Shown here piece by piece: positions 48,759 to 57,327 of a stretch of 64,000 nucleotides of DNA. The stretch's first letter is position 1. Each line of letters starts with the position of its first letter. The translations under genes and the position numbers were made by a program. The notes under the pieces were generated by a model. That model was not told where the DNA came from. It did not search any database and was given only the letters and a program-made list of their open reading frames with translations. Source of the DNA: a bacterium (GTDB taxonomy: Bacteria > Bacteroidota > Ignavibacteria > Kapaibacteriales > Kapaibacteriaceae); contig JAWXBR010000054.1 in the NCBI GenBank assembly GCA_034440235.1, forward strand, positions 73,131-137,130. Direction: 5' to 3'.

Positions 48759-49802
48759 TCACCACAACGGCAACGCCACGGTCAATCCGAATGCGCTTTG
48801 GACTCCATCGGGGATGAAATGGAGGCTGACTGACCCAAATGCGGCATCTGCGGTAAGTCGTGGCGCTAGGGCGGGGGTAACTAGCAGACTTCCGCCGCTA
48901 TTTAGGACAAGTACACCGCCAAAAAGACCAAGTTTTAGCCAGTCGCTAACGATGTCGACGTATACGCCACCACCGGCATACGACGCTAAATCGGACAATG
49001 AATATTGATATGCCCCTGCTTCTAAGAACCATGTTAGTGTGTTGTGATCGAACCGCATGTGCAAACCCAAACCAGGGTTGAACTCATTGAACTTGTCTTC
49101 AGAAAAAGGATGCGTCGACGCTACCGGTGCTAACAACCACAGGTGATAATGTGAGGTATCGTTTATGTTCGGTACGCCTAGGTCTTTCCCGATAGTCACT
49201 GCTACGTGTGCACGCGGACCAGCAAAGATGGCATCCAGATGAAGGCCTGTTGCTGAGTTTGTGCCAATCACGCGTCTATGGGCAGAGTAGTCGTAGGTGC
49301 CTCCCACCCCAACAAACCAACTGTTTTGAAAGCGGTACTGCAATGCAGCCCAAGAACCAATTGCAAAAGATGGCTGCGACAACGTCTCTGAATACGTGAA
49401 CAGAATTCCTCTGCGTTGGTGCGCAACATTCACCCCACCAACAGAAATGCCTGCCATCATAACGAATTGATCTAGCTCGTGCTTCAGGCCGACGTCAAGC
49501 ATTAACGAGTTTACTGTTGACGTTCCGTCGGTGGTTTCTGACTCGATAACACCTTCCCTAGAGGCCTCAATCCGAAGCGGTACCAAGAACGAGGATGTCG
49601 TCCGCAAGCCCACAACCAGCGGACTCTCAAAAACGTACCGCAGTTGAGTGCCTATAGAAAGCACGTTCTCGTTGTTCACGTGCGACATGCCTGCCGAAAC
49701 CGCAATCTGTGCATTTTGCGCTCGGACTTGTCCGAAAAACAAGACCATCAGCAGCACATTTGCAACCAGCAAAGTCCTACAAAGACACATCGTAAACTTC
49801 AT
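48759..49802 (-). CDS. Hypothetical outer-membrane beta-barrel protein (porin-like)
   Basis: Signal peptide, alternating beta-strand pattern, C-terminal ...LTVALPLW ending in aromatic W. Confidence 0.5.
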   Translation of the reverse strand: MKFTMCLCRTLLVANVLLMVLFFGQVRAQNAQIAVSAGMSHVNNENVLSIGTQLRYVFESPLVVGLRTTSSFLVPLRIEASREGVIESETTDGTSTVNSLMLDVGLKHELDQFVMMAGISVGGVNVAHQRRGILFTYSETLSQPSFAIGSWAALQYRFQNSWFVGVGGTYDYSAHRRVIGTNSATGLHLDAIFAGPRAHVAVTIGKDLGVPNINDTSHYHLWLLAPVASTHPFSEDKFNEFNPGLGLHMRFDHNTLTWFLEAGAYQYSLSDLASYAGGGVYVDIVSDWLKLGLFGGVLVLNSGGSLLVTPALAPRLTADAAFGSVSLHFIPDGVQSAFGLTVALPLW

Positions 49803-49808
49803 TATAGT

Positions 49809-50591
49809 ATGCAGAGTTTGCCAACGAATATATTCCGTCCCACTACCCTCGCTCTTCTTGCAATAATAGTGCTTTGTGGATGTGGCACTCCGGCTACGGG
49901 GCCGCTAGAGCGAGGGGGCGACGCTGCGCGTCGAGAGTTGCGCGACTACGCACGAGGATGGGGCGCCGATGTTTCGAACGACACGTCATGGCTAGATGCA
50001 CTGATACTGGTAGATTTTCGAGGGCTCGACCATCAAGGCTTAAACCTAGAGGTACATTTAACAGATGAAGGGGGCCACATCTACCGTCCAATAGCATCAA
50101 TAGCCGGGCAAACGCTTACGGTCGATTATAGTCTGCTCAAACCATGGCCAGTAGCACAGACTAACGTTCCATTGGCTGATGCGGCTGGCAATTCTCTGGT
50201 GCTGGACTTTGTCTCTCAACAAGCTGCTATTCCCATTACATGGCTCGATGCAGCATTTTTTTCTGCCGCCGATTCGGCAGGTGTCGTTCTTTACGATGCG
50301 GTCTCAGACAGCATACTGCTCTATAGCTCGAAGTGGGTAGCAGATTCTATTGAATGCAGCATTCGAGTACTTGACAGTACGCAGCAGACGGTCTTTTACC
50401 AGTCCTGGAAGCAAGCTGATAACGGAGCCCTGAACATTCCACTGCATATACGTCAGCAGATTTCTTCGACAGGCAATGCCGATATAGACATCACGCGCAC
50501 GTTGTACCAGGTTCAGATTACATCGTCAGGAAAGAAAGTCGGGTCCCTTCAAACAACGTCACAATTGCTTTTTCTCTACCCTCCAGAGTGA
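49809..50591 (+). CDS. Putative lipoprotein, hypothetical
   Basis: ATG at 49809 gives a lipoprotein-like signal (LAIIVLCGCG). The track upstream extension overlaps the divergent gene. The divergent start is only 6 bp away, so one of the two starts is probably wrong. Confidence 0.45.
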   Translation: MQSLPTNIFRPTTLALLAIIVLCGCGTPATGPLERGGDAARRELRDYARGWGADVSNDTSWLDALILVDFRGLDHQGLNLEVHLTDEGGHIYRPIASIAGQTLTVDYSLLKPWPVAQTNVPLADAAGNSLVLDFVSQQAAIPITWLDAAFFSAADSAGVVLYDAVSDSILLYSSKWVADSIECSIRVLDSTQQTVFYQSWKQADNGALNIPLHIRQQISSTGNADIDITRTLYQVQITSSGKKVGSLQTTSQLLFLYPPE

Positions 50592-50697
50592 AGCATGCAA
50601 TTACACCAACCCACGTTATCCACGCAACGGGAGTTGTTAAGTAGTATGATTCTTCGCACCTCGCACTTAAGTTGCTTGTAATAAAACACCTGTAGGT

Positions 50698-51126
50698 TTG
50701 ATGATGGCAGAACAAAAAACAAAACCGACCGAAGTGAGTGTCGACGAATACATCGCAGCACTCGATGACGAAACCAAGCGCAGCGATTCGTTAACCTTGG
50801 TTAAGATGATGCGCGCCGCTACAAAAGAGAAGCCCCGCATGTGGGGTCCGAGTATCATCGGCTTCGGCAGCGTGCACTACAAATACGCCAGCGGACACGA
50901 GGGCGACACGTGCATGATGGGATTTTCACCGCGCAAGGCTGCCATCTCGCTCTATCTTACATGCGATGCATCATCGCGAGTCCCCTACCTCGAACGGCTT
51001 GGCAAATACAAAACCGGCGTTGGTTGTATTTACATCAAGCGCCTATCGGACATCGACATGTCGGTATTGAAAGAGCTCATCGCAATCTCGGCAATGAGCG
51101 AACCCGACTTCGGCAAACACACATAG
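50698..51126 (+). CDS. DUF1801-domain protein (YdhG-like)
   Basis: VDEYIAALDDETKRSDSLTLVKMMR...MWGPSIIGFG pattern recalled for DUF1801. Confidence 0.55.
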   Translation: MMMAEQKTKPTEVSVDEYIAALDDETKRSDSLTLVKMMRAATKEKPRMWGPSIIGFGSVHYKYASGHEGDTCMMGFSPRKAAISLYLTCDASSRVPYLERLGKYKTGVGCIYIKRLSDIDMSVLKELIAISAMSEPDFGKHT

Positions 51127-51256
51127 CCCGTCCCAGGCGGACACAAACAATCACACCCTCCACATAGGCTAAGAACATGGCAATCTGCATTACAAGGGCG
51201 CCAGTGGCCGAGAAGGCGATTGGTTCCGGCTCGGCTTCGCCCCGCGCAAAGGCAAC

Positions 51257-51550
51257 ATGACCATCTACTTCTTGTGCGACATGCGACGTCTGGGCGACAG
51301 CCTTGCTAAACTTAGCAAGCATTCTGCGAGCGGCGGATGCCTTCACATCAAAAAGCTTTCAGACATACATCTACCGACGCTCAAGGGCATGCTTGTAGAG
51401 GCGTACAAGATCACACCAACCGAGCAGATCTCGGTATCGACGAAGACCAAGCCGGCGTCGAAGAAAATCGCAGCTAAGAAGGTCGCAGCAAAGAAGGTCG
51501 CAGCAAAAAGTACTACGGCAAAGAAATCGACTGTACGTAAGGGTCGATGA
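51257..51550 (+). CDS. N-terminally truncated DUF1801 paralog fused to a Lys/Ala-rich histone-H1-like tail (possible pseudogene fragment)
   Basis: Region 51170-51256 in the same frame encodes YKGASGREGDWFRLGFAPRKGN, matching YKYASGHEGDTCMMGFSPRKAA of the upstream gene, but it is preceded by a stop with no start. C-terminal tail is KKIAAKKVAAKKVAAKSTTAKK. Confidence 0.4.
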   Translation: MTIYFLCDMRRLGDSLAKLSKHSASGGCLHIKKLSDIHLPTLKGMLVEAYKITPTEQISVSTKTKPASKKIAAKKVAAKKVAAKSTTAKKSTVRKGR

Positions 51551-51556
51551 GGGGGC

Positions 51557-52318
51557 TTAGAATTTCAGAGGAACGTTCAATGGTGGCAAACACTGGGCTT
51601 GTCCGTTTTTGATGAAGGCCGGTCGAAGTTGCAAATACAATTGCTGACGTTCCAACGTATCGCCATAGAGTGCCCGGAGTTTAGGGTACAACTCCGATGC
51701 GTTCAACGTCAACTTTTCAGAGGTGAGGTTGTTCAGTCGACTGCTCATCGAAGCTATCGCGTCGCTGCACCCGGTGTTTGAGTCGGCCGTAACGTGAACC
51801 GTGTATTCCCAATCGCCCACGTGCTCTGAATAGAAAGAGATCAGGATTGCAGGTGGCGATCTGTAGAACTCTAATAGTTGAAGTGCCGCATGACTTACCA
51901 TCTCAGGGCTAATGTCTTTGCAAAGGCGAATATCGGGCGTCACTAACTTCCCCTTTCCTGTGTATTCGACCATCACCGTTCCGACGGCACCACTAGGCTG
52001 TCCAGAATACCCGTCGCTTCTCGACGCCTCTATGGTGTAAACACCTGGAGGCTGATTCACCATCCCCCAGAACTCTTCAGTATAGTACGAAGGAGTACTT
52101 ACAAAAAAGGTTTTCAGACCAACTGTTGCCGTAACAGTCGACGTGGAATACTTCGAGACGTAGTTTCCAAACTCATCGATTAACACTACCCTACCGTAGA
52201 TAATATTCTCATCAAGATATTCCGGCGTCGTGGGTGCAACCGAACACCCAACACACAGCCCCAATGCGAGCAACGTCAAGCACCTAATGAAACTGCCAAA
52301 GTCGAATCTGTTAACCAT
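51557..52318 (-). CDS. Putative lipoprotein, hypothetical
   Basis: Signal peptide with lipobox LCVGC. Confidence 0.5.
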   Translation of the reverse strand: MVNRFDFGSFIRCLTLLALGLCVGCSVAPTTPEYLDENIIYGRVVLIDEFGNYVSKYSTSTVTATVGLKTFFVSTPSYYTEEFWGMVNQPPGVYTIEASRSDGYSGQPSGAVGTVMVEYTGKGKLVTPDIRLCKDISPEMVSHAALQLLEFYRSPPAILISFYSEHVGDWEYTVHVTADSNTGCSDAIASMSSRLNNLTSEKLTLNASELYPKLRALYGDTLERQQLYLQLRPAFIKNGQAQCLPPLNVPLKF

Positions 52319-52418
52319 GATACACCTCCCCTAAGTATTGAGTCAATACTACACAATAATGCCAAGCCCCGTGACTCCTTGCCAGTCGTCCCCTTTTTGC
52401 TATCTTTGTAGTCCCTAT

Positions 52419-52491
<73 letters not shown>

Positions 52492-52508
52492 CTTCGAAAA
52501 AATCTAAG

Positions 52509-52547
52509 TCCCTGTAGTTCTAACGAGTTACAGGGATTTTGCTTTTT
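52509..52547 (+). terminator. Rho-independent terminator after the tRNA
   Basis: CCCTGTA-12 nt loop-TACAGGG followed by ATTTTGCTTTTT. Confidence 0.7.
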
Positions 52548-52579
52548 CAGGTGACGGTACAGGTGACGGTTTTTCGAAA

Positions 52580-53284
52580 ATGCTCCCCCAATACGCCAGT
52601 AGATTCGACATGATGAACTACAAAGCGGCACCTGAGTATTTCCTTTCTCTCGAGCAGGAACAGATCATTCAGGATTTGTCGGTTCGCATTGCTGACGAGT
52701 TTATTCCCGACATGAGTAAGCACATTACGAATGCGCAGACGCTCGATGAATTACAAGAACTTCGTGAACACTTTGAGGCCGTGTCGTTGGAGTTCAGACG
52801 TCAGCGTCAGCTCGTTCCTTTAGAGGGACAACTATATCAGTATAGATGGCTCCTAGGTGAGACTTATGGTACTACTGATAGACCGAAAGAACTCCAGGTA
52901 GTTGACAACAACAGGCCTAGGAAGTTGAGCCTATTGGGAAATCACTGGGACGCCACAGTCCTAGCAAGGGAAAACCTCACACGTTTCATCGAGGCTATAC
53001 CGACGCTAGTAGACAGTCTAGACGCACGCGAACGCGAACTAAAACTGGGTCCAAATGCACCTACACCTTATCGCGAACTTGGGCTACTTCTACGCCTATT
53101 TCCGGTTGATCAGCTGATGTCCATAGGCCAGGTTTTAGAAGACCGTGCTGGGACCGCCGATTTACGTCCGTTAAATATGACAAATGCGGCAATCATATTG
53201 AACGAGCTACGCGACCGAATGGATTTCGAGGTGCGTGCTGGATGTAAGATGCATTTCACTCATCAGAAAGGGACAACTAAATAG
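52580..53284 (+). CDS. Hypothetical protein (first gene of the lower-GC island)
   Basis: 234-aa ORF with protein-like composition, no recognisable motifs, and lower GC than the core. Confidence 0.4.
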   Translation: MLPQYASRFDMMNYKAAPEYFLSLEQEQIIQDLSVRIADEFIPDMSKHITNAQTLDELQELREHFEAVSLEFRRQRQLVPLEGQLYQYRWLLGETYGTTDRPKELQVVDNNRPRKLSLLGNHWDATVLARENLTRFIEAIPTLVDSLDARERELKLGPNAPTPYRELGLLLRLFPVDQLMSIGQVLEDRAGTADLRPLNMTNAAIILNELRDRMDFEVRAGCKMHFTHQKGTTK

Positions 53285-53793
53285 TTTGGCCCTGATCGTG
53301 AGCCGCGAGACTATGTTTTGATACTTGCTACCAACTACTTCATTAGACCCGCTCCAGACCTTGTGAAATGGATGGCTGACCTGAAGGTTATGGACGAGCT
53401 CATTGCCCGTGAACAATTGCTCAAACGCTGATACTTTGCGGCGACATCCGAACTAACGGACGGGCATAGTACATCGTAGCAGTTCCAATATCCCTTCCAT
53501 ATGCTTACAATGCCGAAGGCCGTTGAAAGGGGCCTTATAGTGGCGGTGTATGTATGAAAGCCTGTAAAGGCACCCACTCAGTGTCAAGCAAGGTTCATTC
53601 TAAATTAGTTGGTTGAATCATACTCCGTCGCCATAAATAAAGTCCGGTACCCGTAACGGTTTGCAGCTATAAGAAGTTAGTGATTACGAAGCACAAAACT
53701 GTCGGAAACCACAAAACTTTAGACGAAGCACCAAGCTTCATTTAACCACTGCAGCCCGCGCCAATTTCTTAGCGGTGCTGTTAGCAGAAGTTT

Positions 53794-55194
53794 CTATTTC
53801 GTTTGTGTTTGTAACCACTTTAATATTTCATTTAAAGCTGTCGGTGAGAAAGTCTGTTCAATTGTCGCATATTCTTCTGGTGAACCTGTTTTACATTCTT
53901 GAAACAAGTGATTTAAATTTGGTAATTCTATTATTGTTACTTTTTTATTTCCACCTTTTGTCAATGCTTTTTCTATTGCTTCCAAATTTTCTTTTGGTGG
54001 CACTTGTAAATCTTTTTCTCCATTGATTGCTAAAACTGGGCATTTCACTTTTTCCAAAGCTGGTGCAGGATTATACTTTATAAAATATTGCATCCAAGGA
54101 TTAGCAATTTGTTTGACTTGTAATTTTACAAAATCTTCATCGCTCATTCCTTGTGGTTTTTTAGAATTTGGATTGTCTTTTAATGACTGCATAATGTAGA
54201 TAGTCAAGTCATTATTTAATTGTTCTAGATTTATTGATTTGTTTGCAATATCAAATGTTTTTCTATTCTCAATTTCATTTTTTTGTAAATCTTCCTCGCT
54301 AATTCCTGATGCTTTTCCAATTAATTTTTGTTGTAGTAAAAGTATTTGGTCGCCTTCAATTCCTGTACCTGCCAATAAAACTATAAATGCTACATCTTTT
54401 GATTTACTAGCAACCATTGGTGCAATCAATCCGCCTTCACTATGTCCAATCAAACCAATTTTCTTTTTATTTATTTCTTTCCTTGTCTTCAAATATGAAA
54501 TTGCACTTTCTACATCTGTTGCAAAGTCGGCAGAAGTAGCAGTTTTAAAGTCACCCTTTGATAATGCTGTTCCTCGGTCATCATAACGTAAAACTGCAAT
54601 TCCATTTTTTGTTAAATAGTCAGATAAAACAAGGAATGGTTTGTGTCCTAATAATTCTTCATCTCTGTTTTGTGGACCACTTCCACTTATTAATATCACA
54701 ACAGGAAACACACCGTCTTTTTTGGGTAATGTCAATGTTCCTGCTAAACTAATTCCGGCATTTTTATTTTCAAAAGTTATGTCTTCTGAATAGTAAGAAT
54801 ATGGTTTTGTTGGTTCTTGCGGTCTTACAAGTTTTTCTTTTTCAATAACTTCGTTTGATAAATTCATTGGAAAGGATTGTCCACCTTGTTTGAACGTCCC
54901 AACTATAATGTTGTCTTTACCCAATGTTCCTTCATATTCAATTTTTGCATTTGCAATTGTGATTTTTAAAATTGAATTTTCAAAACTTGTAGTTGTCGTA
55001 GGAATTCCTTTTGCTCCTTGGTCTGGACTGTCCATTGTTGAACTTACACCATTGTCTGTTTTGGTGATATTGAACACAAGTCTCATTTGTGTTCCTTGAA
55101 CTTTTAATGCTCCATTCCATTGTCCTATAATATCTTGTCCAAAAACGGTCAAAGAGAAAAGACTTGTCAATAATATTAATGTTATTTTTTTCAT
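53794..55194 (-). CDS. Secreted alpha/beta hydrolase (dienelactone hydrolase/S9-like), very AT-rich
   Basis: Signal peptide MKKITLILLTSLFSLTVFGQ, nucleophile elbow GHSEGG, oxyanion ILISGSG. Codon usage is markedly AT-rich, unlike the host core. Confidence 0.7.
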   Translation of the reverse strand: MKKITLILLTSLFSLTVFGQDIIGQWNGALKVQGTQMRLVFNITKTDNGVSSTMDSPDQGAKGIPTTTTSFENSILKITIANAKIEYEGTLGKDNIIVGTFKQGGQSFPMNLSNEVIEKEKLVRPQEPTKPYSYYSEDITFENKNAGISLAGTLTLPKKDGVFPVVILISGSGPQNRDEELLGHKPFLVLSDYLTKNGIAVLRYDDRGTALSKGDFKTATSADFATDVESAISYLKTRKEINKKKIGLIGHSEGGLIAPMVASKSKDVAFIVLLAGTGIEGDQILLLQQKLIGKASGISEEDLQKNEIENRKTFDIANKSINLEQLNNDLTIYIMQSLKDNPNSKKPQGMSDEDFVKLQVKQIANPWMQYFIKYNPAPALEKVKCPVLAINGEKDLQVPPKENLEAIEKALTKGGNKKVTIIELPNLNHLFQECKTGSPEEYATIEQTFSPTALNEILKWLQTQTK

Positions 55195-55195
55195 T

Positions 55196-55534
55196 TTAAA
55201 GTGATTTTAAGTATTGGGATATTGTGTAAATAATGGCCAGAACAGCAACTAATGCAACTATCGAAATTGGATTTGCAATATTTACTGTCCAACCTAAATA
55301 TTTATTCCGTTTAGGCGTAAAAATTCTTTTGTCGGATTTGTTGAAATAAAAAATTCCCCACTTCCAATATTTGGGGTCTTTGTGCCATTTTTCAAATGTT
55401 TCCTTTGTTGGTTTTTCTTCAGTTGTCATAATTCTATTTTTTATTTGTCGGTTTGGTAAAATTTCTGCTAACTCACTTATAATCGCAACATCTTCTCTCT
55501 TATACAACACATTTGTGTTGGATAAGCCTGACAA
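55196..55534 (-). CDS. Small membrane protein, hypothetical (coupled to the hydrolase)
   Basis: C-terminal TM helix, AT-rich. Probable true start is at MTTEEKPTK. Confidence 0.35.
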   Translation of the reverse strand: MSGLSNTNVLYKREDVAIISELAEILPNRQIKNRIMTTEEKPTKETFEKWHKDPKYWKWGIFYFNKSDKRIFTPKRNKYLGWTVNIANPISIVALVAVLAIIYTISQYLKSL

Positions 55535-55819
55535 ATGCAGAGTATATTTTCGAGGCTGACTTAATAGATCGCCAGAGAGTCATCAGAAGTTTTGGAGAGC
55601 TTGCTTGCCTTCGTAGGCATAAAATTCATTAGGCCGGCGGCTTGCACTACTCACGTGAGATGGGTCATGCAAAGTCTATCATTCGTTCAAGTGCAAAGAT
55701 AGTTAACGGCTCATTCCAGCGTTGACTCTATTTGAGTGGGAACCCTCCCTGCCAACGATTCTGTGTACACAAAGCGTAGTGTAATTTAAGCTACAAATTG
55801 AGGTCGTACAGGAGGCAGG

Positions 55820-56230
55820 ATGAAGACCGAAGCAATCGTTGTCAATGGCACGTTGGATCGTGTAGAACAACGCAGTACGGAAGTGGTACAGAAGACAGGT
55901 CGTCGCACGTTTAGTGCGGAATACATCAAAGCAATTCTGCAAGAGCTTGATACATGCAAGCACGGAGAGTCGGGCAGAATTCTACGGCGCGAGGGATTGT
56001 ACAGTAAGCAGGTTGCTCAGTGGAGGAAGCAACGCAACAGTGTCGTCGCTGTTCCGAAGCGCGGCCCGAAGGCAACGATGAGTCCTGATACGAAACAGGA
56101 GCTTGCACGGTTGACGCGTGAGAACGCCCGACTGCAGCGCAAGCTTGAGCACGCCGAGCTCATCATCGAGGTCCAAAAAAAAGTGTCGCAACTGCTGGGA
56201 GTAACCGAGTTACAGGACGAGGAGCGTTGA
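55820..56230 (+). CDS. IS3-family transposase OrfA
   Basis: Typical OrfA (RRTFSAEYIKAILQEL...LTRENARLQRKLEHAELIIEVQKK). Confidence 0.85.
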   Translation: MKTEAIVVNGTLDRVEQRSTEVVQKTGRRTFSAEYIKAILQELDTCKHGESGRILRREGLYSKQVAQWRKQRNSVVAVPKRGPKATMSPDTKQELARLTRENARLQRKLEHAELIIEVQKKVSQLLGVTELQDEER

Positions 56231-57241
56231 TGGACGAGATCACAACCCTTGGCCAACGCGTTGGCATCCGTCGGGCATGCAAGGAACTGGCTATGCCACG
56301 CACGACATACTATGCACGGCTCACACCACGCGTACAGACGGAGCGCAAACCACGACCGCGACCTGCACGTGCACTTAGCGAGGAAGAGAAAACACAAGCC
56401 ATCGAACTGCTCACGTGCGAACAGTACGTCGATCAATCTCCAGGCACGATCGTCGCAAGTATGCTGGACAAGGGTTCGTACCTCTGTAGTGAGCGTACCT
56501 TCTATCGTGTGCTTGCATTACTCACGCAGGCTCGTGATCGTCGGCGCACTGCACGGCATCCGGCGTACAGCAAACCCGAGCTCGTAGCACACGAACCCTG
56601 TGAGGTCTGGACGTGGGATATCACGAAGCTCAAGACTGCACAGAAAGGCGCGTACTACAACCTGTATGTCATGCTCGACATGTTCAGTCGCCGCCCTGGT
56701 CGTGGGCTGGCTGCTGGCCTACCGTGAACAGGAAGACCTGGCCTGTCTGTTGATCGATCAGGCGTGTGCACGCGAAGGCATTCTGCCCGAGCAGCTCACC
56801 ATTCATGCGGACAATGGATCCGTGATGCGATCGGGTGATGTGAGTGATCTGTACGTCAAACTCTGCATCACGAAAAGCCACTCACGACCGTACTGCTCCA
56901 ATGACAATCCGTACAGCGAGAGCCAGTTCAAAACCATGAAGTATTCACCTGCATTTCCTGAGCGCTTCGAAAGCATCGAACATGCTCGGGCATTCTGCAC
57001 GGAATTCTTCGACGCCTACAACTACCACATGTATCATTCAGGTCTGGCGATGCTCACGCCTGCAATGGTGCATCACGCAGAAGCCGACCTCGTCATTCGT
57101 AAGCGCCAGAAGGTGCTGACAACGGCATTCTCCGCACATCCTGAACGATTTGTCAACGGTAGTCCGAAGCACCACCTTGTGCCGGTGTCTGTCTGGGTTA
57201 ACAAACCTGTTGAAGATCCAAAAGAAGTGTTAAATTCTTGA
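56230..57241 (+). pseudogene. IS3-family transposase OrfB (DDE), interrupted by a frameshift near 56690-56700
   Basis: ORF 56227..56727 ends ...DMFSRRPGRGLAAGLP*. ORF 56600..57241 carries ...VVGWLLAY...IHADNGSVMRS...SNDNPYSESQFKTMKYS. The two halves of the conserved D-x-F-S-R-x-V-V-G-W region are in different frames. An extra nucleotide lies in a CCC run. Confidence 0.7.
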
Positions 57242-57327
57242 ATCAATGTGTTCAGATATCGTTGGCAGGTACCGAATGGTATTCGACTAGCTAGCACGAA
57301 GAGCGAGAAGATTGGGTCGTAGTACAG

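Larger units (their letters stand above)
55750..57267 (+). mobile_element. IS3-family insertion sequence (orfA/orfB with -1 frameshift site; orfB frame disrupted)
   Basis: Terminal inverted repeats TGCCAACGAT at 55750 and ATCGTTGGCA at 57258-57267 (TG...CA ends, about 20 bp imperfect). OrfA HTH/leucine zipper. Slippery A8G at 56175-56183. DDE OrfB with the DxFSRxVVGW motif split between frames. Confidence 0.75.

Noticed and set aside
48578-48833. ORFs 48578..48817+ and 48636..48833+ over the palindromic repeats
   Set aside because: They overlap the pheT start and the hairpin repeats, and their composition is driven by the GC-rich palindromes. They are not coding.
53285-53430. In-frame continuation of gene 52580..53284 past its TAG stop for ~47 codons
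   Set aside because: A 47-codon open stretch at this GC has about a 10% chance of occurring at random. No further support exists for read-through or a nonsense mutation.
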